A stretch of 64,000 nt of DNA from a bacterium. GTDB taxonomy: Bacteria; Electryoneota; Electryoneia; Electryoneales; Electryoneaceae. Under the pieces are notes generated by a model, which was given only the letters and a program-made list of their open reading frames with translations, was not told where the DNA came from and searched no databases. Every line of letters starts with the position of its first letter. Positions within the stretch are counted from its first letter, which is position 1. Shown piece by piece: positions 40,015 to 49,674 of this stretch. The stretch is from NCBI GenBank assembly GCA_963675295.2, contig CAXXKJ010000002.1, positions 3,904,001 through 3,968,000 of the forward strand. Direction: 5' to 3'. The position numbers were made by a program, and so were the translations under genes.

Positions 40015-41523
40015 TCAGCGATGGGTTCGCGATGACACGTTGGCCTCAGGCCATGCAACGCAGGCGGGGGAGTTGGACTGTCCGTCAGAGTGTGACGCAT
40101 CGTGGATCGTGAACGTGAAACAGGCCTGCTGCGATGCGTTTGGGTACTCTCCGGTGCGCAGGATATACACCCACTCCCCGGCATGGACTCCGACCGGCGC
40201 GAAGCGGTGAAGCATCCTGGTGATCGTCTCGCAGGCAGGAATCGTAACATCCTCCCACATCCGTATCGGTTCTGTCGGGTACCCACTAGGCGTGCACGCC
40301 ATCACCCAGACGTCGGTGAAAGTGTCATTGTCGAGCGTGTTGATCAGTTGACCGTACCAGTGCAGTACGCCGGGCGGCTCTATCACGACTCCCGGCCGGG
40401 GTGTTTTCGCGCTGACAACCAGGTCGTTGGGAATCCGGTTGAACTTGATGATGTACGCTTCCTGCTCTTCGTCCGGACCGGTGTAATACGATCCAGCGAG
40501 TATCAGCTCTTGCGACTGCGAGATCAGCATCCGCGAACAATCAGGACCGGGATCGTTCAGCGAACCCGGAACGGTATATTGATCCAGCCAGTGCATGTGC
40601 TGATAGCAGATGTCGTAGCATTTCATCAGAACGCCACCGTCGCCCTCCGCTTCGTAGGACAGGTAGCCTCCATGGGGCATCAGCACGACCGGATTCGGCC
40701 AGTCGCCGAGGTGGGCGAGGACATCTCCGTCCGGTGAGATTCGAATGAAAGTGTGGGTCAAATCATCGTTCACCGGGAAGCTGCCATGCAGCATCAAGTT
40801 GCCGTCCGCTTCCTGGATGATGCCGTCCACGACGGGTGACCATCCGGCATAGTCGGTGATTTCAGTGTGCAAGTACAGGTTGCCATTCGCATACAGGAAG
40901 TAGACGTGAATGTTTCCAGAATCATCAGTCCCCACAGATGCGATCGCTTCGGTGCTGGTCTCAATCGCTTCGACGCCAATCTCGCCAAGAGAACCCATCG
41001 GTACGGACCAGATGGTGGTACCGTCAGCATTGAGCTTCATCACCCTGTGCCGGGTCGATTGTTGGCTGGCAACTGTTCCGCCTGACACATAGCGCCCCTC
41101 GCTCATCGGGTTGAGATGCTGATGGCGCCCGTCCAACTCGATAATCCAATTAAACCCCTGGGCCAGGTCATACTCGCCGTAGGTGCTACTCTGGTCGTAC
41201 GTATCGGGCAGATCGATGCCAATCAGCAACCGGCCCTCATTGAGTGCTACCAGCGGCGCGCCGGTCACGACCTTGGGAATGGTGACACGATCCAGCAGTG
41301 TTCCGTCCTCGAAATCGTAGCGGAAGAATTCGACGCCGTTGTCACCGTTTGCGGATGCGACGATGTCACCGTTTGCGAGCTGTGCCATCGCGCGGAAGTC
41401 GTCGATCTCGGTGCCACCGATCTGGGATTGCCAGATGGTGCTTAGTTGCGCACTGGATGTTACGGCCAGGGTGATGAAAAGTGCGAGGATACAACAGAGG
41501 TGTAGGCCGAGCCTGGTTGTCAT
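40015..41523 (-). CDS. Secreted protein, divergent DGG-repeat family member with C-terminal Ig-like domain and no CTD
   Basis: Signal peptide; degenerate repeats (KLNADGTTIWS, RISPDG); C-terminal domain DVW...P.G..GEW.Y.LRTGEYP resembles that of 51379-53232. Confidence 0.65.
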   Translation of the reverse strand: MTTRLGLHLCCILALFITLAVTSSAQLSTIWQSQIGGTEIDDFRAMAQLANGDIVASANGDNGVEFFRYDFEDGTLLDRVTIPKVVTGAPLVALNEGRLLIGIDLPDTYDQSSTYGEYDLAQGFNWIIELDGRHQHLNPMSEGRYVSGGTVASQQSTRHRVMKLNADGTTIWSVPMGSLGEIGVEAIETSTEAIASVGTDDSGNIHVYFLYANGNLYLHTEITDYAGWSPVVDGIIQEADGNLMLHGSFPVNDDLTHTFIRISPDGDVLAHLGDWPNPVVLMPHGGYLSYEAEGDGGVLMKCYDICYQHMHWLDQYTVPGSLNDPGPDCSRMLISQSQELILAGSYYTGPDEEQEAYIIKFNRIPNDLVVSAKTPRPGVVIEPPGVLHWYGQLINTLDNDTFTDVWVMACTPSGYPTEPIRMWEDVTIPACETITRMLHRFAPVGVHAGEWVYILRTGEYPNASQQACFTFTIHDASHSDGQSNSPACVAWPEANVSSRTHR

Positions 41524-41764
41524 GATCAGTTCCCCCCTTACTTGATGCGAATCTGCCGGCTGGTCAGGCTACTGAAATGTACACTGTTCCGCGGAGTGAC
41601 AACAGGTTGGCTGAATTTTTTGTCAATTCTCCGAACGGGCAAACATACCCTGTAAAGTCAATAGCTGCTGGATTTGTAGTCGCTGACGGAAGATCTGGAC
41701 TCGGGGAGTACAGTGATCAGCTGTCAATGGTCCTTAGCTCATCACTCACCACTCACAACTGAAA

Positions 41765-42247
41765 TCAAAACCCTACCCCCGGCAGCCTGAGCACCCGCCG
41801 TGCGAGGCTGATCTGGCCGATGTGGTACATCTCGTGCTGCGTGTAGACGAACAGGTCCTGCGCACGGGTCGGTGGTTTGCCGAGGATGGTGCTGTCGAGG
41901 GTCGCGCTGAGTGCATCCTTGCTCAACGAATCGAGCATCCGGTTGATCAGGTCGAAGCTGAGCGGGATCAACGCCTTGAGCTCATCAAAGGACAGCGCCG
42001 GATGGTCTTCCGGCGTGCTGCCGGTGGTGTAATTGCTAAAGTCGGGGATGGTCGCCGGGAGGGTGACACCGTTCTTCGCCACCGCCTCGAAGCGTTCGGC
42101 GAGGATGTGGCCAAGGATCCAGTGGATCGTGTTGCCGCCGTTCGGGGGACGGGTCAACGCGAGCTCCGGCGTGACGTCCTTGAGGTACACGTTTACCTGG
42201 CTCTGGCTGACCGCGAAGGCGAGTTTGAGGTCGTCGGGGGTCATCAA
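41765..42247 (-). CDS. DinB family protein
   Basis: GNTIHWILGH and HEMYHIGQ provide the His triad. Confidence 0.85.
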   Translation of the reverse strand: MMTPDDLKLAFAVSQSQVNVYLKDVTPELALTRPPNGGNTIHWILGHILAERFEAVAKNGVTLPATIPDFSNYTTGSTPEDHPALSFDELKALIPLSFDLINRMLDSLSKDALSATLDSTILGKPPTRAQDLFVYTQHEMYHIGQISLARRVLRLPGVGF

Positions 42248-42280
42248 TCGCTCCTGGATTCGGGGAATCGAATATAGATA

Positions 42281-42315
42281 ACAAACCGCCCGGCAATGAG
42301 CACCGGACGGTTTGT
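42281..42315 (-). terminator. Hairpin downstream of htpG
   Basis: Stem ACAAACCGCCCGG / CCGGACGGTTTGT. Confidence 0.5.
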
Positions 42316-42347
42316 AGAATTGGAAGAAGTACTGCCTGGAGGCAGGA

Positions 42348-44309
42348 TTACTCGTCCCCTTCCCCCAACGCCGCCTCGAGGATCTTCGTTGACTGCTCCA
42401 TCATCGTCTTCGGGTCGATCAGCAGGCCGGCGGCGATCTGCGCGTTGGTCAGCAGCAGGCTGGCAGCCTGTTTTGCGAGCTGGTTGTCGGCGTCCTGCTT
42501 GCGCAGCGTGTTCAGCCGGGTCAGGATGTGGTGTTTCGGATTGATCTCGAGCACCAGCTGGCCGATCGGCATGCCGGTCTTGTTGATCGTCTGCATCACG
42601 CGTTTCATGCCGGTGGTCATGAACTCGTCCGGATTGACCAGCGCGGCCGGGCTCTTGACCAGACGCTTGCTGACACGGACTTCCTCGACGGCGTCCCCGA
42701 GCTGGTTCTTGATCCACGAGGCGAGGTCGCCAGCTTCCCGTTCCTCCTCAGACTTCGGCTCGTCCTTCTTGTCCCCGTCCTTGTCCTCGCCGGACTCATC
42801 GTCTTTGGACTCGTCCTTTACTGGCTCGTCGTCGAGTTTGAGGTCAGACTGGTCGGCGGAGATCAGCGGTTTGCCTTCGAATTCGCGCAGGTTGTTGAAG
42901 ACGAAATCGTCCACGCCCTCGTAGCAGTACAGCACCTCGAACCCGCGTTCCTGCAGGGCTTCGAGGTACGGCCCGGCTTCGATCGCATCACGGTTCGGAC
43001 CGCTGATGTAGTAGATCGCCTTCTGCGCCTCGGGCATGTTCTCGACATACGTCGGCAGGCTGGTGGATTCACCGACGGCGGTTTTGTCGGACTCGTAGCG
43101 CAGCAGCTTCGCGAGGTCATCGCGGTAGTCGAAGTCGGACGCGACTCCTTCCTTGATGAAGACGCCGAACTGCTTGAAGAACTCGTCGTATTTCTTCGCG
43201 TCTTCGTCCGCCTGTTCGGCGAGGAACTTGATCAGCTTCTTGGTCAGCACCTTGCGCAATTTGGCGACGAGGGCGCTGTCCTGCATCGTTTCACGGCTGA
43301 TGTTGAGCGGCAGATCCTCGCTGTCGACGACGCCACGGATGAAGCGGAAATAGTCCGGCAGCAATTCCTCGACCTTGTTCTGGATCAGGACACGGCGGCA
43401 GTAGAGGCTGACGCCCGGCTCCATCCGGCCCATGCCGAACGATTCCATGTTCTGGCCGGGGACAAACAGGATCGAGCGGATCGCGAGCGGCGCGTCCGCG
43501 TTGAACTGCAGGTGATACATCGGCTCGTCGAAGGCATCCGCGACGAACTTGTAGAACTCCTTCAGCTCGTCCTCGGTGATCTCGGACGGATTTTTCGTCC
43601 ACAACGGCTGGACGGTGTTCACCTGCTCATCGTTGACGAAGATCGGGTAGGCGACGAAGTTGCTGAAGCGCTTGATCAGCTCCTTGATCTCGTCGGCCTT
43701 GGCGTAGCGGTCCTTGTCGTCCTTGAGGTCAACGGTGATCGTGGTACCGCGCGGCAGGGATTCGGTCTCACGGATGTCGAACGAGCCCGCGCCGGCGGAC
43801 GACCAGACGACGGGCTTGGCGTCCGGGTCGGCGGAGCGGGTGTGCACGGTCACCTTTTTCGCGACCATGAACGCGCTGTAGAAACCGACGCCGAACTGGC
43901 CGATCAGGTCCTTGAGGTCGGTGCCGTTTTCGCCGAGCGACTGGAGGAATTCACGCGAACCGGAGTGCGCGATGGTGCCGAGGTTGCGTACGGCTTCGTC
44001 ACGGGTCATGCCGATGCCGGTGTCGCTGATTTCGAAGGTTTTCGCTTCCTCATCAACGCGGATCTTGATCTCGAGCGGCAGGTCGCTGTCGGCCATCGTG
44101 TCCTTGTCGGTCAGCTGCCGGTGGCGGGCTTTTTCCAGTGCGTCGGACGCGTTCGAGATCAGTTCGCGGACGAAGATCTCATGGTCGGTGTAGAGGCTGT
44201 TGATGACGATGTTCAACAGGTGCGAGACTTCCGCCTCAAATTGCATCGTCTCGGTCTTCGGTTTCTTGCTCGTGCTTTTACCGGTGCTCTTGGTCTTGCT
44301 CTCGCTCAT
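42348..44309 (-). CDS. htpG: Chaperone HtpG (Hsp90)
   Basis: Motifs FVRELISNASDA, DTGIGM, IGQFGVGFYSAF and DLPLNISRE. Confidence 0.98.
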   Translation of the reverse strand: MSESKTKSTGKSTSKKPKTETMQFEAEVSHLLNIVINSLYTDHEIFVRELISNASDALEKARHRQLTDKDTMADSDLPLEIKIRVDEEAKTFEISDTGIGMTRDEAVRNLGTIAHSGSREFLQSLGENGTDLKDLIGQFGVGFYSAFMVAKKVTVHTRSADPDAKPVVWSSAGAGSFDIRETESLPRGTTITVDLKDDKDRYAKADEIKELIKRFSNFVAYPIFVNDEQVNTVQPLWTKNPSEITEDELKEFYKFVADAFDEPMYHLQFNADAPLAIRSILFVPGQNMESFGMGRMEPGVSLYCRRVLIQNKVEELLPDYFRFIRGVVDSEDLPLNISRETMQDSALVAKLRKVLTKKLIKFLAEQADEDAKKYDEFFKQFGVFIKEGVASDFDYRDDLAKLLRYESDKTAVGESTSLPTYVENMPEAQKAIYYISGPNRDAIEAGPYLEALQERGFEVLYCYEGVDDFVFNNLREFEGKPLISADQSDLKLDDEPVKDESKDDESGEDKDGDKKDEPKSEEEREAGDLASWIKNQLGDAVEEVRVSKRLVKSPAALVNPDEFMTTGMKRVMQTINKTGMPIGQLVLEINPKHHILTRLNTLRKQDADNQLAKQAASLLLTNAQIAAGLLIDPKTMMEQSTKILEAALGEGDE

Positions 44310-44459
44310 GGTTGCTGTTCCACTTTATCATGATCGTTGAAAGGTTTTTCTGTTCCGGGCGTTGTGAATGGCCCGCTGACACCCGACTTGGCAACTGACC
44401 CCAAGCCGGGCCACGCAGCCCACTATCGACTTGCCGACTTTCGACTTCGTACTTGCCGA

Positions 44460-45479
44460 CTACTTCTCCCACTCGCGCGGGTTGAACGCGCTGCGGTTCG
44501 CGAGCATCTCCATCAGTTCCTTCTCATGCTTGGACGGTTTCGCCGGAATCTGGATCTGAATCTCGGCGAACAGGTCGCCCCGTCCTCCACCCTTCTTCGG
44601 CAGGCCCTGGTTGGCGAGACGCAGCTTCTGGCCGGACCGTGCGCCGGGCTTGATCGTCACCTTGACCTTACCGTCAAGGGTCGGCACGGTGACCGTCGCA
44701 CCCCGCATTGCCTCCCACGGCGAAACCGGCAGCGCCATGCGGAGGTCGTGTTCGTCCGGCTTGAAATAGGGGTGCGGCTTGAGCCGGACGGTGAGGAACA
44801 AATCCCCCGGCTGCCCGCCGGCGACACCCGCGCCGCCCTGCTTTGGGACACGGATCTTCATCCCGTCCTTGACAAACGGCGGGATCTTGACGTCCAGTGT
44901 TTTCTGCGTCGGCGGCTGCACCCCACCCTGCGGCGTGTGCTGCAGGCTTACACGGTGGCTGCCGCCCGCGAGCGCTTCCTCGAGCGTCAGGTCGAGGTGC
45001 GCTTCGTGGTCGAAGCCCTTCATGCCGGGACGTCCGCCCGGTCGCGCCCCCTGCTGCCCACCAAAGCCAGCGAATCCACCAGAGCCACCCTGGCCGCCCA
45101 TGCCGCTGGAGGTGGAGAATCCACCGAAGCCCCCGCCACCAAAAAACGCATCGAAGAAATCGCTGAAGCCGGAGAATTCCTGCTGCTGGTGACGGCCGCC
45201 TCCGGGGCGCGTGCGGAATCCGCCTTCCCAGCCCGGCGGGGGACGGAATCCCTGTCCCTGCTTCCAGTTGGCGCCAAGCATGTCATATTTCTTGCGCTTG
45301 TCGGGGTCTTTCAGCACCTCGTACGCTTCCCCGACCGCCTTGAACTTGTCCTCCGCGCCGGAGTCCTTGTTCACGTCGGGGTGGTATTTGCGCGCGAGCT
45401 TGCGGTAGGCCTTGTGGATTTCGTCCTGGCTGGCCTTACGGTCGACTCCGAGCGTCTTGTAATAATCTTTGTATTCGAT
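44460..45479 (-). CDS. DnaJ-class co-chaperone (CbpA-like, no zinc finger); start codon non-canonical or frameshifted
   Basis: The frame extends upstream of the listed ORF as (I)[10 protein letters not shown]...[12 protein letters not shown], a J domain with HPD, followed by a G/F region and a C-terminal domain. The first codon is ATC at 45479-45477. Confidence 0.88.
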   Translation of the reverse strand: MEYKDYYKTLGVDRKASQDEIHKAYRKLARKYHPDVNKDSGAEDKFKAVGEAYEVLKDPDKRKKYDMLGANWKQGQGFRPPPGWEGGFRTRPGGGRHQQQEFSGFSDFFDAFFGGGGFGGFSTSSGMGGQGGSGGFAGFGGQQGARPGGRPGMKGFDHEAHLDLTLEEALAGGSHRVSLQHTPQGGVQPPTQKTLDVKIPPFVKDGMKIRVPKQGGAGVAGGQPGDLFLTVRLKPHPYFKPDEHDLRMALPVSPWEAMRGATVTVPTLDGKVKVTIKPGARSGQKLRLANQGLPKKGGGRGDLFAEIQIQIPAKPSKHEKELMEMLANRSAFNPREWEK

Positions 45480-45704
45480 GGCACGGCTCCTGTGAGCTGT
45501 GTTTCGTTTGGTTTCATGCGCCGAATTGGCAGACTATACCTGCAATTACGGCAGACAGTTTCTGTCGAATCGTCAGGCTCGCGCGTCACCCGGATCGGGT
45601 ATTTTCCGCGAACTCGGGGTATTGTCACCGGTTCAGGCGAAAGTGGACCAACGCGTGGTCGTTGTCTGCGGATGGATTTTGCAAGGTGCGTGCCTCAAAA
45701 GACA

Positions 45705-45880
45705 GGTGTGAGGTGTGAGGATTGAGGTGTGAGGAAAAGACAACAATACCACGGACTGAAGTCCGCGGTAAGAAAAAAAGCATTGCTCACTTCGCGTAAC
45801 TGACAAATGAACCGGGGACAGCCGCGCGCGACTGTCCCCGTCAGGTCTTAGCTCACTGCTCACACCTCATACCTCACACC
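45705..45880. repeat. Composite: (GTGTGAG)n, family B palindrome (45747-45770), GGGACA hairpin (45813-45840), (CTCACAC)n
   Basis: Directly visible; the outer arrays are mutually complementary. Confidence 0.7.
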
Positions 45881-45887
45881 TGCTTCA

Positions 45888-47078
45888 TCACACCTGGAAC
45901 GTGAACACGTCTTCCTGGTCGCAGCCATCGGCGACGATCACCCGCTTGTCGGGAGTGATCAGAACATCGTTCTCGGTGCGGACGCCGAATTCGGGCAGGT
46001 AAATGCCGGGTTCAATCGAGAACAGGGTACGTGGGATCAGGGGCCGCAGCTCTTTTGTCTCGAGGTTGTCGATGTTCGCGCCGTTGCCGTGTGTGACGGT
46101 GGTGATCGAGTGGCCGGTGCGGTGGATGAAGTAGTCGCCGTACCCGGCGGCAATGATCGGTTCGCGGACGGCCTCATCGACCTCCCAGCCGTACACGGCC
46201 TGGCCCTGCTCGTAGCGGGATTTGACGAGGTTGAACCCGGCCCTGCGGGCGTCGCGTGCGAGCTGCCACACTTCCTGCATCTTATCCGGAACGGTCGGGC
46301 CCATGTAGCCCATCCACGTTTCGTCTGCGACGACGGACAGCGGATCATCTCCCTCGCTCGCCCACAGGTCGATCAGCACGAGGTCGCCGGGTGCAAAGGC
46401 GGCGTCCTTGCCCAACTCCGGGCTGTAGTGCGGATCGGACGCGTGCGCGTTGGCGGCGACAATCGGCGGATGTTCGGTGATCATCCGGTGTTCTTCGAAG
46501 CGGCGCATGATCAGCTGCTGGACTTCGTATTCACGGACCTCCTCGCCGGTGATCAGCTTGGCGTGGATGTACTCGAAGCCCTCGCGGGCGATATCACGGA
46601 TCAGGACGGCCGAGCGCAGGTGCGATTCGATCTGCGCATCGCTGAGCACGGCCTCGAACTGCTGAATCAGCTCGGCGCTGGAGACGACCTCGACGCCGAA
46701 ACTGCGGACCAGCTCGACAGTGCCAGCGTCCACCCAAGCCACGGTCGGGATCAACGCGTTCGGGCTGTATTCCATCGCGATAGTCCTCGCGCCACCGATC
46801 AGAGTTTTCAGCTTCTCGTGCAACGACTGGTAGCTGAGGTAACGATCCTCGCTGCCGGGCAGGTGTTCGAGTGTGTGTGGCTCGATGGCGTGATGCAGCT
46901 TGCGCGGTTCGCCCTCGGTCGGGATGAAATAGAACGCGCGGCGGGAGATGTGGCCGTCCAACGGCAGGCCGAGGGTCGCCAGTGCGGTCGGGTTGCGGTC
47001 ACGCCAGACGTAGAGCAACCAGCCGTCAACGTTGAGACGCTTGAGGTGGTCCTGGATCGTTTCGATGGAGTGGGTCAT
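45888..47078 (-). CDS. M24 family Xaa-Pro aminopeptidase/dipeptidase
   Basis: Metal-ligand motifs PHY, LIDLW, ADET, HRTGHS, IEPGIY and GVRTE. Confidence 0.92.
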   Translation of the reverse strand: MTHSIETIQDHLKRLNVDGWLLYVWRDRNPTALATLGLPLDGHISRRAFYFIPTEGEPRKLHHAIEPHTLEHLPGSEDRYLSYQSLHEKLKTLIGGARTIAMEYSPNALIPTVAWVDAGTVELVRSFGVEVVSSAELIQQFEAVLSDAQIESHLRSAVLIRDIAREGFEYIHAKLITGEEVREYEVQQLIMRRFEEHRMITEHPPIVAANAHASDPHYSPELGKDAAFAPGDLVLIDLWASEGDDPLSVVADETWMGYMGPTVPDKMQEVWQLARDARRAGFNLVKSRYEQGQAVYGWEVDEAVREPIIAAGYGDYFIHRTGHSITTVTHGNGANIDNLETKELRPLIPRTLFSIEPGIYLPEFGVRTENDVLITPDKRVIVADGCDQEDVFTFQV

Positions 47079-47214
47079 CGTGGGTTCCCGGTTATCGGTC
47101 GTCGGTGATCGGTCTGTGTGAAGTGTGCCCCGACTTGCTCGCAAGTCGGGATGATCGACAGGTTCAAGTTCTGGTGAACCCTACTTGCAAACAATCAGGG
47201 GCAAACACAAACGG

Positions 47215-47613
47215 CTACAATAAATCCGCCACGGTGGTTGTCGCGAGATACTCAACCAAGCCGCGCCGGTAGGGTTGCCAACGTGCGCCGAGGGCGTCGG
47301 TGAGGTGTTGCGGCGCGCCGTCCATGGCGTCCATCGAGGGGTCGTCCCCGGGGATATCGTCGGTGGCGGCGGCGATGTCGCTGAGTTTGATTTTTTGCGG
47401 CAGTCGTGCGAGTTTGACCCCGCCGCCGCGTCCCCGTTGGCTGTCGAGCAGGCCTTCGCCGGCCATCGCGGACAGCACCTTGCTCAGGTAACTGGCGGGC
47501 AGGCCGGTTTCTTCCGCCAGCTCACCCGATTGCCATCGTTTCTCCGGATCGTCCGCAGCGGCCATGTGCACCAGCGCACGGACACCGTATCCCCAGCTTT
47601 TCGAGAACGCCAT
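47215..47613 (-). CDS. Rrf2 family transcriptional regulator (cysteine-free)
   Basis: Motifs YGVRAL, SYLSKVL and SQRGRGGG.KLAR; GAGG before ATG 47613. Confidence 0.88.
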   Translation of the reverse strand: MAFSKSWGYGVRALVHMAAADDPEKRWQSGELAEETGLPASYLSKVLSAMAGEGLLDSQRGRGGGVKLARLPQKIKLSDIAAATDDIPGDDPSMDAMDGAPQHLTDALGARWQPYRRGLVEYLATTTVADLL

Positions 47614-47854
47614 CAGTCCCTCGCAGTCGTTGTGGTACCGGCGAATATAAGGATAGTGTGTGGCCGGTCCACAGGCGATCGTGGTGTTTTTTCGCGCTGT
47701 GAAACCTTTCGGCTCATGACCCGTGAATGCTGGAGTAAGGAGCACAGTAGATGGGTCTCCGGGAGGCCACGTGTGGGTACCCTTTACGGGGGTTTAAAGC
47801 GATCTTACGGTTCCTCAAGAGCAACATTTCACACACTACGACGGAGGATTTCCG

Positions 47855-49405
47855 ATGGCGGTAATTCCCTTCAAAAACGAGCCGTTCACCGATTTCAGCG
47901 TACCCGCGAACAAGGCGGCGTACGAAGCGGCGTTGGAGAAGGTGCGTGGCGATTTCGGCAAGCACTGGGAGCTGTTGATCGCGGGCGAACGTGTCGCCAG
48001 CGACAAGAAGATTGAATCGTACGATCCGGCCGATCCGAACACCGTAGTCGGCAGCGTCGGCAAGGCGAACAAGGACCAGGCGATCAAGGCGATCGACACC
48101 GCGCACGAGTATTTCATGAACGAGTGGCGGTTCGTTGACGGTCACGCTCGTGCCCGCATCCTGCTGCGTGCCGCCGCGATGCTGCGTGCTCGCAAGCATG
48201 AGTTCAGCGCGACGATGACGTACGAAGAGTCGAAGAACTGGGCGGAGGCGGACGCCGACACGGCTGAAGCGATTGACTTCCTCGAGTTCTACGCGCGCGA
48301 AATGATGCGTTTGGATCGTGAGCAGGAAGTGGTGCCGTATCCGGGCGACGAGAATAATTTGTATTACGTCCCGCTGGGCGTTGCGGTTGTGATTCCGCCG
48401 TGGAACTTCCCGCTGGCGATCATGGCCGGGATGACGACGGCCGCGCTGGTGACTGGGAATACTGTCGTGCTGAAGCCGGCGTCGACCGCTCCGGTTATTG
48501 CCGCGAAGTTCATCGACCTGTTGCTGGAAGCCGGGATGCCGGCGAAGGCGATCACCTTCTGCCCGGGCAGCGGTGGTGAGGTCGGCGACACGTTGGTCGA
48601 TCACCCGAAAACGCGTCTGATCGCGTTCACCGGTTCGAAGGAAATCGGCCTGCGGATTCACGAGCGCGCGGCGAAGGTGAATGAAGGCCAGCTGTGGATC
48701 AAGCGCACGATCCTCGAGATGGGTGGCAAGGACGGCATGGTTGTTGACGAAACCGCCGACCTCGATTACGCCGCCGATATGGCGATCGCGGGCGCGTACG
48801 GCTTCCAGGGCCAGAAGTGCTCGGCGTGCAGCCGTCTGATCGCGGTCGACGCGATTTACGACGAGCTGGTCGACAAGGTCGTCGAACGTGCGAAGAAGCT
48901 GAAGATCGACCACCCATCCAAGAACCCGAACATGGGTGCGGTGATCGACGCGGCCTCGCATGGCAAGATCCTCGAGTACATCGAGAAGGCGAAGAACGAC
49001 GGCAACGAAGTCGTCTGTGGCGGCAAGGCGATTGAGGGCGGTTATTTTGTCGAGCCAACGGTGGTCAAGAACGTGAAGGACACCGACACGATCGCGCAGG
49101 AAGAGATCTTCGGGCCTGTGCTGGCGTGCATCCGGGCGAAGGACTTCGAGGACGCGGTGCGCATCTTCAACGGCACCGAGTTCGGTTTGACCGGCGGCTT
49201 GATTTCGAACATCCGTGAGCGTCTCGAACGCGCCCGCCGTGAGTTCCACGTCGGCAACCTGTACCTGAACCGGAAGATCACCGGCGCGCTGGTCGGCGTG
49301 CAGCCGTTCGGCGGTTTCAACATGTCAGGCACCGATTCCAAGGCCGGCGGCCAGGACTACCTCGGGCTGTTCATGCAGGGCAAGTCGGTGACGGAGAAGT
49401 TCTGA
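47855..49405 (+). CDS. pruA: L-glutamate gamma-semialdehyde (P5C) dehydrogenase
   Basis: Motifs PFKNEP, EAIDFLEFYAR, PWNFP, EMGGKD, GFQGQKCSA, EEIFGP and QPFGGFNMSG. Confidence 0.93.
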   Translation: MAVIPFKNEPFTDFSVPANKAAYEAALEKVRGDFGKHWELLIAGERVASDKKIESYDPADPNTVVGSVGKANKDQAIKAIDTAHEYFMNEWRFVDGHARARILLRAAAMLRARKHEFSATMTYEESKNWAEADADTAEAIDFLEFYAREMMRLDREQEVVPYPGDENNLYYVPLGVAVVIPPWNFPLAIMAGMTTAALVTGNTVVLKPASTAPVIAAKFIDLLLEAGMPAKAITFCPGSGGEVGDTLVDHPKTRLIAFTGSKEIGLRIHERAAKVNEGQLWIKRTILEMGGKDGMVVDETADLDYAADMAIAGAYGFQGQKCSACSRLIAVDAIYDELVDKVVERAKKLKIDHPSKNPNMGAVIDAASHGKILEYIEKAKNDGNEVVCGGKAIEGGYFVEPTVVKNVKDTDTIAQEEIFGPVLACIRAKDFEDAVRIFNGTEFGLTGGLISNIRERLERARREFHVGNLYLNRKITGALVGVQPFGGFNMSGTDSKAGGQDYLGLFMQGKSVTEKF

Positions 49406-49674
49406 ACAGACAGCTGTGAGCGATGAGCTCTGAGCCGTAAGCAACTGCGAGCGGGTCACATTCTTCGGGATGTGGCCTGTTTCATTGCCTCTCACCCGCA
49501 ATCTCCACAGGGACTCTTTTCAATCCTGGCACTACCCTGTACATCAGGGTGTCTCTCCAGCCGTAATTCAAGATTATTTACCAGAGTAGGGGCAGATCTA
49601 ACATCGTAGTATCATGGATACTGGTCAATCCTACCCAATTGACCAAACGATGTATCGCGACACAAGAGGTAGCG

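Noticed and set aside
42528-44333. 601-aa plus-strand ORF
   Set aside because: It is the antisense shadow of htpG, has no motifs, and is typical of GC-rich codon bias.
47714-49249. 511-aa minus-strand ORF
   Set aside because: It is the antisense shadow of the P5C dehydrogenase gene.
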